NCBI GenBank assembly: GCA_963822945.1
Contig: CAWGJO010000036.1
Span: 1 to 64,000 of the forward strand
Origin: an uncultured Gemmatimonadaceae bacterium
GTDB taxonomy: Bacteria; Gemmatimonadota; Gemmatimonadetes; Gemmatimonadales; Gemmatimonadaceae
Direction: 5' to 3'
DNA: 64,000 nucleotides
Shown one piece after another: positions 18,009 through 27,258 of this stretch (within the stretch, counting starts at the first letter, position 1; the number at the start of each line of letters is the position of its first letter). Under the pieces are notes generated by a model. The model was not told the origin of the DNA. It was given only the letters and a program-made list of their open reading frames with translations, and ran no database searches. The position numbers were made by a program, and so were the translations under genes.

Positions 18009-18607
18009 TACATCGCCCTCCGCGCCGACAGCGCCCGGGCAATCGTCACGCCGTCCGCGTATTCGAGATCGCCGCCGACCGGCAGTCCCAACGCAATGCG
18101 CGTCACCGTCACCTCCGCAGCGCCCGCTGTCGCCAGCTCGCGCCGCACCAACAGGGCCGTGGCCTCGCCTTCGAGGCTCGGATTCGTCGCCACGATCACT
18201 TCGCGCACGGCGCCGCCCGACGCCACGCGCTCCACGAGCCGGGCCACCGTGAGATCGTCGGGCCCCACCCCTTCGAGCGGAGACAACCGCCCGCCCAGCA
18301 CATGGTACACACCGCGATACTCTCCTGCCCGCTCGATGGCGCCGATGTCCGACGCCTCCTCCACCACGCACACCACCGACTGATCGCGCCGCGGGTCGCG
18401 GCACACATCACACAACGCCTCTTCGGTCAGATTGAAGCAGCGCTCGCACGGCCGCACCCGTTCGCCCAGGGTCAACAGCGACTGGGCCAACCGGCGGCTC
18501 TGGTCCGTCGGCTGCTTGAGCAGATGGTAGGTCAACCGGAGAGCGGTCTTGCGTCCTATCCCCGGCAGCTTCGCAAACTCGGTGGCCAGTTCGTCGATCG
18601 CCGACAC
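18008..18607 (-). CDS. recR: Recombination mediator RecR
   Basis: LPGIGRKTALR, Zn finger CERC..CDVC, YHVLGG, ATNPSLEGEATA and GGDLEYAD motifs. Confidence 0.97.
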   Translation of the reverse strand: MSAIDELATEFAKLPGIGRKTALRLTYHLLKQPTDQSRRLAQSLLTLGERVRPCERCFNLTEEALCDVCRDPRRDQSVVCVVEEASDIGAIERAGEYRGVYHVLGGRLSPLEGVGPDDLTVARLVERVASGGAVREVIVATNPSLEGEATALLVRRELATAGAAEVTVTRIALGLPVGGDLEYADGVTIARALSARRAM

Positions 18608-18608
18608 G

Positions 18609-18926
18609 CTAGAAGGGCAGCTTGAACGGGAGTTGAAGTCCGCCAGTCAGGGCCCCCATGTGCTCCTGGGCCTGCGCCTGCGCCTTCTTCTGTGCTTCCG
18701 TAATGGCCACCACGACAAGGTCTTCCAGCATCTCGACGTCGGCGGGATTGACCACCGAGGGGTCGATCTTCACACGGCGGACGACGCCGGCGCCGTTGAC
18801 CTCCACGGTGACCAGGCCACCTCCGGCGGCCCCCGTGACGATCATCTGCTCCAACTCGGCCTGAACCTGCTGCATCTTGCCCTGCATCTCCTGCGCCTGC
18901 TGCAGGATCTTCATGAAATCTGGCAT
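18609..18926 (-). CDS. ybaB: YbaB/EbfC nucleoid-associated protein
   Basis: AGGGLVTV and DVEMLEDLV motifs. Lies between dnaX and recR. Confidence 0.95.
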   Translation of the reverse strand: MPDFMKILQQAQEMQGKMQQVQAELEQMIVTGAAGGGLVTVEVNGAGVVRRVKIDPSVVNPADVEMLEDLVVVAITEAQKKAQAQAQEHMGALTGGLQLPFKLPF

Positions 18927-18994
18927 CGAATCCACAAACGGGGTGAAGAGTTAAACTACCCCGCGGCGAGGGGGCGAAGCAAGCACAAAGACGG

Positions 18995-20785
18995 TCAGTC
19001 CACCACGTCCAGATCGAGGACGTCGATCGCCGCGCCCAGCAGTGGATTCTGCTGACGCAGGCGGGCCAGCCGCTCGCTCCGGATCATCGCGTCGGTGAGC
19101 CGTTCCGGAGCCTTGCCGGGCGCCCCCGACGAGACCGTGACCCGGCTCACGCCGGTGAACCACTGCCGCAACGCGGCGACGATCTCTGCATGTTTCTCCT
19201 CGATGACCTCGGCCTGGAAGGGGTTCGGCGCATCCTGCTGGATGGTCACCTCCCCTCCACCCTTCGCCGAGACCGCCACGGGCACCCCGTTCTGCAGCGC
19301 GTCGGCCAGCACGGCCTTCCCCTGGTCACGCATACGCTGAATGAGTTCGTCCCAACGCTCCGCCACGATGTGGAGCTCCAGGGGCACCGGCTTGGGCGCC
19401 TCGGTAGGGGCGGAATCGGCCAGGACGCGGGCGGGGGCGGCCAGGGGCGCCTGAGCGTCGGTCACGACGCGGCTGGCGGCCCGGGGCGACGAGAGCGGGC
19501 GGGTGGTCCGGGGCGCGGGGCGCCTCCAACTCGACGGCCATCGCCGCGGACGGGGGTGCCGGCGGCGGGGCAGCCTCACGCTTCGGCGACGGGCGCGGGG
19601 CGGGCGACGGCGAGGCCGTAGCCCGCGCTGCCGGTGCGCCCCCGCCCCCGCCCCGCCCATCGCTCGCAACACCTCTTCCAATTCCACCGTCCGATCCATG
19701 AGTGCGAACCGCACCAGGAGCATCTCCACCAGCACCTGCTGCTGACCGCTCTTCCGGAACTGGGGTTCGAGATCGGCCACGGCGTTGAGCATGCGCAGCA
19801 GATCGCCCGCCGAGAGCTTGTTGATGCGTTCGGAGAGCGCCCGCCGCGCCGCCTCCGACACTTCGGGCGCGACGCCGCGCAGGGTGAGCGCCAGTTGCGC
19901 GCGGAGGATGTCCGCGAGCCCGGTGAGGAAGATTCCGAAATCGACACCGGCGTCGGCCATGCGGCCGACGAAGGCGAACACGTCGCCGGCCCGCCGGTCG
20001 GCGACGATGTCGAGCAGGGTGATGAATTCGTCCTCCGCCACGAGCCCCAGCGCCTCGCGCACGCGGGCGGCGGTGAGCGCGCCCTCGTCCATCGAGAGCA
20101 CCTGGTCGGTGAGGCTGAGCGCATCGCGCATCGACCCATCGGCGGCGCGCGCGATCATGAGCAGCGCCTCCGGCTCGGCCGTCACCTGCTCCGAAGCCAG
20201 AATCGTCTCCAGGCGCTGCCGGATGTCGCCGGCCCCCATGCGCTTGAAGTCGAAGCGCTGCAGCCGGCTCAGCACCGGCGCCGCGGCCTGGGCGATCTTC
20301 TGGGGTTCTGTGGTGGCAAACACGAAGACCACGCGCGGCGGCGGCTCCTCGAGAATCTTCAGGAGCGCGTTCCACGCCTCGCGGGTGAGCATGTGCGCCT
20401 CGTCCACGATGTACACCTTGTAGCCGTGTTCGCCCGACGGGGCATACATGGCGCGCTCCCGGAGTTCCCGGGCATCGTCCACGCCGCGGTTGCTCGCCGC
20501 ATCGATCTCGACCACGTCGAGCGACGCCCCCCCGCTCCAGATGCGCCGGCAGCTGGTGCACGTGCCGCAGGGTTCGCCGTCCGGCTGCTTGTTCTCACAG
20601 TTCAGGGCCATGGCGAGCACGCGGGCCAGCGTGGTCTTGCCGACGCCGCGGGGCCCGCAGAGCAGATAGCCGTGGGCCACGCGCCCGCGCGCGATGGCAC
20701 CCTTGAGCGTGTTCGCGACGTGGGACTGCACGGCCACGTCGGCGAAGGTCTTGGGGCGGTACTGGCGGGCGAGGGCGATGGACAT
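18995..20785 (-). CDS. dnaX: DNA polymerase III subunits gamma/tau
   Basis: LARQYRPKTF, GPRGVGKTT, EIDAASNRGVDD, DEAHML and GSMRDALS motifs. The linker probably carries two compensating frameshifts (about 19510-19655). Confidence 0.95.
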   Translation of the reverse strand: MSIALARQYRPKTFADVAVQSHVANTLKGAIARGRVAHGYLLCGPRGVGKTTLARVLAMALNCENKQPDGEPCGTCTSCRRIWSGGASLDVVEIDAASNRGVDDARELRERAMYAPSGEHGYKVYIVDEAHMLTREAWNALLKILEEPPPRVVFVFATTEPQKIAQAAAPVLSRLQRFDFKRMGAGDIRQRLETILASEQVTAEPEALLMIARAADGSMRDALSLTDQVLSMDEGALTAARVREALGLVAEDEFITLLDIVADRRAGDVFAFVGRMADAGVDFGIFLTGLADILRAQLALTLRGVAPEVSEAARRALSERINKLSAGDLLRMLNAVADLEPQFRKSGQQQVLVEMLLVRFALMDRTVELEEVLRAMGGAGAGAHRQRGLRPRRRPPRARRRSVRLPRRRHPRPRRWPSSWRRPAPRTTRPLSSPRAASRVVTDAQAPLAAPARVLADSAPTEAPKPVPLELHIVAERWDELIQRMRDQGKAVLADALQNGVPVAVSAKGGGEVTIQQDAPNPFQAEVIEEKHAEIVAALRQWFTGVSRVTVSSGAPGKAPERLTDAMIRSERLARLRQQNPLLGAAIDVLDLDVVD

Positions 20786-20791
20786 TACGGC

Positions 20792-20827
20792 CGGTAGGTC
20801 GGTAGGTCGGTAGGTCGGTAGGTCGGT
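20792..20827. repeat. Tandem 8-mer (CGGTAGGT) x4.5
   Basis: Read directly; ends 6 nt before the dnaX start codon. Confidence 0.95.
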
Positions 20828-20898
20828 GAAGGGGGCCGAGTACTACGGTCAATCTACAGGTGCGCACCGGTGCCGTAAGTGACGGACGGGCCACCGGA

Positions 20899-20947
20899 AA
20901 AAGCAGCGCGGGCGGCACCTCCCGAACAGGAGATCAACCGCCCGCGC
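20899..20947 (-). terminator. Hairpin with T-tract downstream of ffs
   Basis: Minus strand GCGCGGGCGG...CCGCCCGCGC followed by TGCTTTTT. Confidence 0.5.
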
Positions 20948-20950
20948 AGT

Positions 20951-21048
20951 GTCCCAGGCCTGACGAAGCGACGTCAGACACCTCATGCCGCTGCTGCCTG
21001 CGGGGCCCTGACGGAGTTAGAAGGCTGTCGCCCTCCGGGGCCTGGAAC
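20951..21048 (-). ncRNA. ffs: Signal recognition particle RNA (4.5S, small type)
   Basis: About 98-nt rod with paired ends GTTCCAGGCC / GGCCTGGGAC and domain IV CCGTCAGG-GCC..GGC-AGCAGCGG. Usual position upstream of dnaX. Confidence 0.9.
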
Positions 21049-21114
21049 GACTGAAAGGTAGCCGCGGCGTCGAGGCTACTCAAGGGAACGACCGTTCCGC
21101 CCTGCGGAACTGGG

Positions 21115-22143
21115 CTATGCCGCTTCCAGCGCAGCCGCCAGTACCTCGCCCGCCCGCTTCACCTGGTCTGCGCTCACGTCCAAATGCGTGACCGCCCGGA
21201 TCCGCGACACCGACCAGCCCGACAGCAGCACGCCCTCGGCCGCGCACGCCTTGACCACCGGGGCGGCCGTGCGACCCGACGGCAGGTCGACCATGATGAT
21301 GTTGGTATCGGGCGCCACCACCGTCGCGCCGCCGGCGCCGTTCACGAGCCCGGCGAAGGTGCGCGCGTTGGCGTGATCTTCGGCCAGGCGGGCCATGTTG
21401 TGTTCCAGCCCGTACAGGGCGCCGGCCGCGATGATCCCGGACTGCCGCATCGCGCCGCCGAACCGCTTGCGAATGCGCCAGAGGGCATCACCCATCTCCG
21501 CCGAGGTGGCCACGGCGGCGCCGATCGGCGCCCCGAGCCCCTTGGAGAAGGCCACCATGACCGTGTCGGCGGCGGCCGCGAAGTCCTCGAGCGGGACGCC
21601 TGCCGCCACCGAGGCATTCCAGAGGCGAGCGCCGTCGAGGTGCACGGGAAGGCCGAGTTCGGTGGCGAAGGTGCGGATGGCCCGCATATCGCTCAGCGGC
21701 ACGATCTTCCCGCCGGCCCCGTTATGCGTGTTCTCCACGCACACGAGGCTCGGACTCGTCATGTGGCGGGCCTTGGGGCGAACGTACCGTCGCATGTCGT
21801 CGGCCGTGGCGACGATACCCGTGGGCAGCACGGGCCGGATCTGCGCCCCGCTCAGACCCGCCACCCCCGCCATTTCCCAGTGGATGATGTGCGAATCGTA
21901 GTCGAGAATGACTTCGGTGCCCGGCCGGGTGTGCAGGTTCACCGCGGCCTGGTTGGCCATGACGCCACTGGGGAAGAAGAGCGCGCGCTCCTTGCCGAGC
22001 AGTTCGGCCACGCGCCGCTCCAGCCGGATCGTGGTCGGGTCACCGTCGCGCTCATCGTCCCCCACCTCGGCGTCGGCCATGGCTCGGCGCATCTCGCGCG
22101 AGGGGCGGGTGACGGTGTCGCTGCGCATATCGATCGAAGTCAT
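21115..22143 (-). CDS. ltaE: Low-specificity L-threonine aldolase
   Basis: DMRSDTVT, ENTHN, HLDGARLWNA, FSKGLGAPIG and GGAMRQSG motifs. Confidence 0.92.
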   Translation of the reverse strand: MTSIDMRSDTVTRPSREMRRAMADAEVGDDERDGDPTTIRLERRVAELLGKERALFFPSGVMANQAAVNLHTRPGTEVILDYDSHIIHWEMAGVAGLSGAQIRPVLPTGIVATADDMRRYVRPKARHMTSPSLVCVENTHNGAGGKIVPLSDMRAIRTFATELGLPVHLDGARLWNASVAAGVPLEDFAAAADTVMVAFSKGLGAPIGAAVATSAEMGDALWRIRKRFGGAMRQSGIIAAGALYGLEHNMARLAEDHANARTFAGLVNGAGGATVVAPDTNIIMVDLPSGRTAAPVVKACAAEGVLLSGWSVSRIRAVTHLDVSADQVKRAGEVLAAALEAA

Positions 22144-22159
22144 GCCGTGAATTCCAGGG

Positions 22160-23068
22160 TCATTCGGTGAAGACTTCCCGCTGCCGGCGCCGTGTGCGCC
22201 GCAGTTCGAACACCTGCCCCACTTCGCCGCCGAGGATGAACACGATGGCCGAGTAGTACACCCAGACGACGACGATCACGATGGCGGCCAGCGCGCCGGT
22301 GTAGACGGAGGCGGTGTCGAGGTGCCGCGCGACGAGCGAAAATACCTGCTTGGCCACCTCGAACAGTACGCTGGTGAACAGCGACGCCACGACGGCCGTC
22401 TGCCACCGCACCCGGCGTGCCGGAAGATACCGGTAGATGGCGAAGAACATCAGGAACAGGAAGACGAAGGCGACGAGCCGCCCGACCGCGTACTCCAGCG
22501 AACCCATGACGTCCCGGCGCAGGCCGATATCGACCAGAATCTCGACACCGCGCGATCGGGCGATGACGAGATACGCCGACAGGACCGTATTCGCGACGAA
22601 GAGCAGCGTGGCGAGCACGGTCATCCTCACGTCGAACAGCTTGCCGGCGATGATGCCCCTGGTGGCCTCGATGTCGAAGACCTCGGCGAGCACGGTGCGC
22701 AGCGATGCAAACAGGCGCGTGGACAGGAACAGGAAGATCAACGCGCTCCACAGTCCCAGCGCATGGTGCGCCTTGAGCGCTTCGTCGACGATATGGTGGA
22801 CCGGGAACCCCATCGCGTCGCTGTGCGGCGGCAGCATGCGATCGATCACGTCGGTGATCTGCGCGGTGGAGGTGGCCGGCGAGAGGTTGAGCACGAACGT
22901 CACGCCCGAGACGAGCGTGATCACGAACGGGATCGAGGCGAGCAGGACGTCGAACGAAATCCCGCTCGCCAGAAAGAGGACATTGTCCTCGTACGCATTG
23001 TCCCACATACGCACGAGGTAATCCCGCGCCGCCCACCGCAGGTCGGAGAAGCGTGGCCGCGTGGTCAT
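22160..23068 (-). CDS. YihY/virulence factor BrkB family membrane protein
   Basis: Multi-TM protein with YRYLP, LFEVAK, VYTGALA and WVYYSAIVFILGGE. Confidence 0.88.
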   Translation of the reverse strand: MTTRPRFSDLRWAARDYLVRMWDNAYEDNVLFLASGISFDVLLASIPFVITLVSGVTFVLNLSPATSTAQITDVIDRMLPPHSDAMGFPVHHIVDEALKAHHALGLWSALIFLFLSTRLFASLRTVLAEVFDIEATRGIIAGKLFDVRMTVLATLLFVANTVLSAYLVIARSRGVEILVDIGLRRDVMGSLEYAVGRLVAFVFLFLMFFAIYRYLPARRVRWQTAVVASLFTSVLFEVAKQVFSLVARHLDTASVYTGALAAIVIVVVWVYYSAIVFILGGEVGQVFELRRTRRRQREVFTE

Positions 23069-23101
23069 GCCTCGATCGACGGTGGGCGGGCGGCCCGCCG
23101 G

Positions 23102-23536
23102 CTACTCTTCGCCGTCGCCGTTCTCGGGCGACGCGAGGCCGGCCTTGTACGCCGACTTGGCCGCCGACAGGCGCCGCTCCAGGTCTTCGCGGGCGTGGCT
23201 GGCCGCTGCACGGCCGCTGCCGACGGCGCGGTTCACTTTCCGCTTTCCACGTCCGACGGCGTCACGCGCCGAGTCCAGGCGATCCTCGACCCGGCTCCGC
23301 GCATCATGGAACGTGTCCTCCGCGCGGTCGCGAATGTCCTCCGCCATCTCGCGGGCCCGCACGCGGGCGCGGCGCCCGCTGCGCACGATGTCGCGGCGCG
23401 TCTGTTCTCCCGACTGCGGGGCGAAGAGCAACGCCACTCCGGCGCCGACGGTGAGCCCGACCAGGAACGGGACGATCCCGGCCCCGGACTTCTCGATCAC
23501 GATCGTACGATCATCTTCGCGGGTGTTGTCCGTCAT
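23102..23536 (-). CDS. YtxH-domain protein
   Basis: FLVGLTVGAGVALLFAPQSGEQTR signature. Confidence 0.9.
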   Translation of the reverse strand: MTDNTREDDRTIVIEKSGAGIVPFLVGLTVGAGVALLFAPQSGEQTRRDIVRSGRRARVRAREMAEDIRDRAEDTFHDARSRVEDRLDSARDAVGRGKRKVNRAVGSGRAAASHAREDLERRLSAAKSAYKAGLASPENGDGEE

Positions 23537-23569
23537 GGTACCTCCCTGCTGAGTATGACCCCCGCCGCG

Positions 23570-24982
23570 TCACTCGCCCGCGTCGGGGTCATCAGGCGCC
23601 GCCGCCACCGGCACCGTCGCGCCGTCCGGGGCCGGACGGTGCATGGGCGGCGGCGTGATGTACTTGGCGACCATCGACGCCGTGTTGCCGATGGCCAACT
23701 GTTCGAAGAGGAATCCGAACTTCTCGTCGTACACCTTGGCGAGAGTCGCCTTGGTGGCGTCGTCCAGGTCCCAGAGTTTCCGCTTGAATGGCCCCAACGC
23801 CTTCTTCCGCGTCTTGTAGAAGAACTGCTCGTCGGAATCATTCGGTTTCCGCTCGCCCTTCGCGTTCTCCGACAACCACGCGTAGATCTCGTCGCGCAAC
23901 GCCGACGGCATGTGGTCGTAGAGCATGTTCTGGAAGTTCGTGGCGAGGTGGATCTCCGCCGTCTCCCGCTTGGGGAAGTGGTGGAACGCCGTGTCGGGCA
24001 GCGTCGACGCCCCGTGCTGCACGGCGCCCGACAGCCCGTACTCGTCGCGCGCCACCTTGGACAGCCGTTCCAGCGTGTCGAGATCGAGCTTCACATCGGC
24101 AATCGAACCATCGGGCAGCACGACCCCGCCGTGCGACGTGCCGGACTGCACGCTGATCTTCGATACGCCCACCATCCCCTTGGGCGCCGTGCGGATGAAC
24201 CCGTCCATGTAGGCCCGCAGCTCCTCCACCGTGCTGTTGGCGGTTCCGACCTCGCCGATCTCTCCGCCCACCGAGATTGTCACTGCCTCCGGTTCGAGCG
24301 ACCGCACGTGCTTCAGGATGTCGGTGCCCACCTCGTAGTTCAGCCGCTGCTGTTCGTCGAGCGTGTCCTTCCCGATGTCCACCAACGTCGACGTGTCGAT
24401 GTCGATGTTGTAGAAGCCGGCATGCACCGCTTCGGTGGCCAGCTGCTTGACGCCGTTCACCTCGCCCGCCGGGTCGGCGGCGTACTTCTTGGCGTTCACC
24501 TGGAAGTGATCGCCCTGGATGAACACCGGGCCCCGGTACCCCTCGCGCAGTGCCGCTGCGAGCATGACGGCGACGTATTCGGCCGGCCGCTGGTCGGTGT
24601 AGGCGATCTCGGAGCGCGCAATCTCGAGCAGGAAGGCACCGGCCTTCATGCGAATGGCGGTCCGGAAGATGGCCCGCGCAGTGTCGTACGCCATGCCGCG
24701 GACGTTGATGGCGGGCACGGTGAACCCGTGGACCTCGCCGCGCCCGCGCGCCATGTAGAGATCCTGGATCGAGGCCGGCTGGACGCCCACCGCCTGCCCG
24801 ATTTCCCAGATGAGCCATCGCGCGTGGGCCTGCACGTCGCCTTCCCCGAACACCGCGGCGCGGACCAGCTGGTCCATCGCGGCGCCGGCGAGGGGCTTGG
24901 GGTCGTTCACCCTGACACGGTCGTCGGCCACCGCAACGGCAGCGCCGAACAGGCCGTTCAAAGACTTAATGGTATCGGGCAT
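23570..24982 (-). CDS. Class II fructose-bisphosphate aldolase family (long variant)
   Basis: FTVPAIN, QGDHFQ, GGEIGEVG, GTSHGG and VQHGAS metal-binding motifs. Glycolytic context. Confidence 0.88.
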   Translation of the reverse strand: MPDTIKSLNGLFGAAVAVADDRVRVNDPKPLAGAAMDQLVRAAVFGEGDVQAHARWLIWEIGQAVGVQPASIQDLYMARGRGEVHGFTVPAINVRGMAYDTARAIFRTAIRMKAGAFLLEIARSEIAYTDQRPAEYVAVMLAAALREGYRGPVFIQGDHFQVNAKKYAADPAGEVNGVKQLATEAVHAGFYNIDIDTSTLVDIGKDTLDEQQRLNYEVGTDILKHVRSLEPEAVTISVGGEIGEVGTANSTVEELRAYMDGFIRTAPKGMVGVSKISVQSGTSHGGVVLPDGSIADVKLDLDTLERLSKVARDEYGLSGAVQHGASTLPDTAFHHFPKRETAEIHLATNFQNMLYDHMPSALRDEIYAWLSENAKGERKPNDSDEQFFYKTRKKALGPFKRKLWDLDDATKATLAKVYDEKFGFLFEQLAIGNTASMVAKYITPPPMHRPAPDGATVPVAAAPDDPDAGE

Positions 24983-25087
24983 GGCATCCTCATGACCGGA
25001 CCGGCGAGGCGCCCTCGCGCCTCCGGGGCCCGGAAGTCTGTCTGTCTATTCAACTTGGCCGAAGTCCCGATCGGGATCAAGCGGCGA

Positions 25088-26476
25088 TTACACTGATGCG
25101 CTCGGATCCGGCTTGGGGAGGGTCTCCCACTCCCGGCGGGCGGCCTCGGCATCAGCGCGGCCGAGCATGGCGTAGGTGAACTGCTTGCCCAGTTCCACTC
25201 CCGGCTGGTTGAGCGGGTTCACGCGGTAGTGCTGGCCGGCGTAGATGGTCGCCACCTCGAGCAGCATGAGCAGCGCGCCCACATGCCATTCGTCGGCCTG
25301 GTCGGCGTGAATGGTGAGATTGGGCCGGCCCCTCTTCGCGAGCGCCCCGGCTGTCGCCCGTCGCTCGATGTCGATGAGCTCGCCCAGGTGGTGGCCGCCC
25401 AGGTAGGCCAACTCCGGAACGTCCTGGTGGAGCTTCGGGATGGGGACGTCCACCGGGTGCTCGCCCAGCTGGATGAAACTCACCGTCTTGTTCGGCGTGC
25501 CCTCCATGAACAGCTGCACCTGGCTGTGCTGGTCGGTGGCGCCGTGGGCGGCGAGCGGCGTGGGGCCGAAGCCGGGATCGCCGGGTTCGCGATGTTTGCC
25601 GAGGCTCTCCGCCCAGAGCTGGACGAACCAGTTGGCGATGTCGCGGAGCGTATCCGAATACGGCATCAACACGTGCGTACCCCGCCCCAACTGCGTGTCG
25701 GCCAGCCACTGCAGTGTTCCGAACACGGCGCCCGGATTCTCGCGAAGCGTGGCCGAGCGACAGCGCTTCTCCATGTCGGCGGCGCCGGCCAGGAGCTGCG
25801 TGGTCTTCATGCCGAGCAGGGCGGCGGGGAGGATGCCCACCGGGGTGAGCACGCTGAACCGCCCGCCGACGTTGGGCGGAATGTCCAGCGCCGGTACGCC
25901 TTCGCGGCGCGCGATGTCGCGCAACGCCCCCTTCTCGGGATCGGTCACGAACACCAGGTGCTCGCGCGCCGCGTCGCCGAACCGCTCGTTCAGCACGCCG
26001 CGGACGATCAGATACTGCGCCATCGTCTCGGCGGTTCCGCCGGACTTGGAGATGACGATGAAGAGGGTGCGTTCGAGCGCGATGCGGCCGAGGAGGTCGG
26101 CGATGGTGCCGGGATCCACGTTGTCGAGCACGTGGAAGCGCGGCTTGTTGCTGCGGGCCTTCTTGGTGAGCGTGTTCCAGTCGCGCTTGTTGAGCGCGGT
26201 GTGGAGCGCGATCGGGCCGAGCGCCGATCCGCCGATGCCGAGCAGCACGACATCGTCGAACTTGCCGCGCGCCTGCTTGGCGAAGTCGCGCGACTGATCG
26301 TGGAGGGCGCGGTCGCGCGGCAGGTCGAGAAAGCCGAGGACCCCGGTGCCGCGCAGCTCCTTCACCGCCGAGTGGGCGGCGCGGAAGCCATGCTGCGCCG
26401 CCTCCCAGGCCTCCGTGGGAATCCCGCCCGACACCGCGCCGGCGAGCATGTTCGTGTAATCGATGCGAATGGTCAT
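25088..26476 (-). CDS. pgi: Glucose-6-phosphate isomerase
   Basis: GIGGSALG, SKSGGTAET, VGGRFSV, QLWAESLGK, DQHS and NQPGVELGK motifs. Confidence 0.95.
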   Translation of the reverse strand: MTIRIDYTNMLAGAVSGGIPTEAWEAAQHGFRAAHSAVKELRGTGVLGFLDLPRDRALHDQSRDFAKQARGKFDDVVLLGIGGSALGPIALHTALNKRDWNTLTKKARSNKPRFHVLDNVDPGTIADLLGRIALERTLFIVISKSGGTAETMAQYLIVRGVLNERFGDAAREHLVFVTDPEKGALRDIARREGVPALDIPPNVGGRFSVLTPVGILPAALLGMKTTQLLAGAADMEKRCRSATLRENPGAVFGTLQWLADTQLGRGTHVLMPYSDTLRDIANWFVQLWAESLGKHREPGDPGFGPTPLAAHGATDQHSQVQLFMEGTPNKTVSFIQLGEHPVDVPIPKLHQDVPELAYLGGHHLGELIDIERRATAGALAKRGRPNLTIHADQADEWHVGALLMLLEVATIYAGQHYRVNPLNQPGVELGKQFTYAMLGRADAEAARREWETLPKPDPSASV

Positions 26477-26478
26477 GG

Positions 26479-27258
26479 TCAGTCGATCCTCACCGTAAGT
26501 CCGTCGAACGCGGGGCTGACGCCGCGTGGCAACTCAGCCTCGAGATCGGCGTGGAAGTTGTCGTGGGTGAGATGGATGAGATACGTGCGCTCGGCGCCCA
26601 CCCGGGCGGCGACGCGCAGGGCCTCGGGAATGCTCAGGTGCGTGGGGTGTTCGGTGCGAAACAGGGCATTGAGGACGAGCACCTTGGCGCCGGCAATCAT
26701 GCCCATCACATCGTCGGGGATGCTCTTGGCGTCGGTGATGTAGGCAAGGTCGCCGATGCGGAACCCGGTCACGGTCAGGCGGCCGTGGGGCACCGCGAAG
26801 GGCAGCACGTCGATGCCGGCCACGGCGAACGGCTGGCCGTGGGTGAAGGTGACCGCGCGCCCTTCCGGCTTGGACGTGCCGGGCAGCGGGCGGATGCTCT
26901 CGTCGAAGATGTAGCCGAACTTGGCGCGCAGGCTCGCGAGGGTCTGCTCGGATCCGTAGAACGGCAGCGGTCCGTCGCGGCGCACCGAGATGGCGCGGAT
27001 GTCGTCGATGCCGTGGGTGTGATCGGCGTGGTCGTGCGTGAACAGCACGGCATCCACGCGATCGACGCCGGCGGCCACGAGCTGCAGCCGCAACTCGGGC
27101 GGGGTGTCGATGAGCAGGCGCGCCCCGCCCTGCACTTCGATCACTGCGCCAACGCGCGTGCGCTTGTCCCGCGGGTCGGCCGAGTTGCACACCCTGCAAT
27201 GGCATCCCAACTGGGGAACGCCGAAGCTCGTGCCCGTCCCGAGGAACGTCAGTTTCAC
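26479..27258 (-). CDS. MBL-fold metallohydrolase (PhnP-like)
   Basis: FLGTGTSFGVP, CHCRVC, THDHADH and HLTH motifs. GTG start overlaps the pyk stop. Confidence 0.9.
   Translation of the reverse strand: MKLTFLGTGTSFGVPQLGCHCRVCNSADPRDKRTRVGAVIEVQGGARLLIDTPPELRLQLVAAGVDRVDAVLFTHDHADHTHGIDDIRAISVRRDGPLPFYGSEQTLASLRAKFGYIFDESIRPLPGTSKPEGRAVTFTHGQPFAVAGIDVLPFAVPHGRLTVTGFRIGDLAYITDAKSIPDDVMGMIAGAKVLVLNALFRTEHPTHLSIPEALRVAARVGAERTYLIHLTHDNFHADLEAELPRGVSPAFDGLTVRID

Noticed and set aside
22322..25096. 924-aa plus-strand ORF and similar long antisense ORFs (e.g. 43322-45343, 50978-53014, 58985-61036)
   Set aside because: They are shadows of well-supported opposite-strand genes in high-GC DNA and have no motifs.
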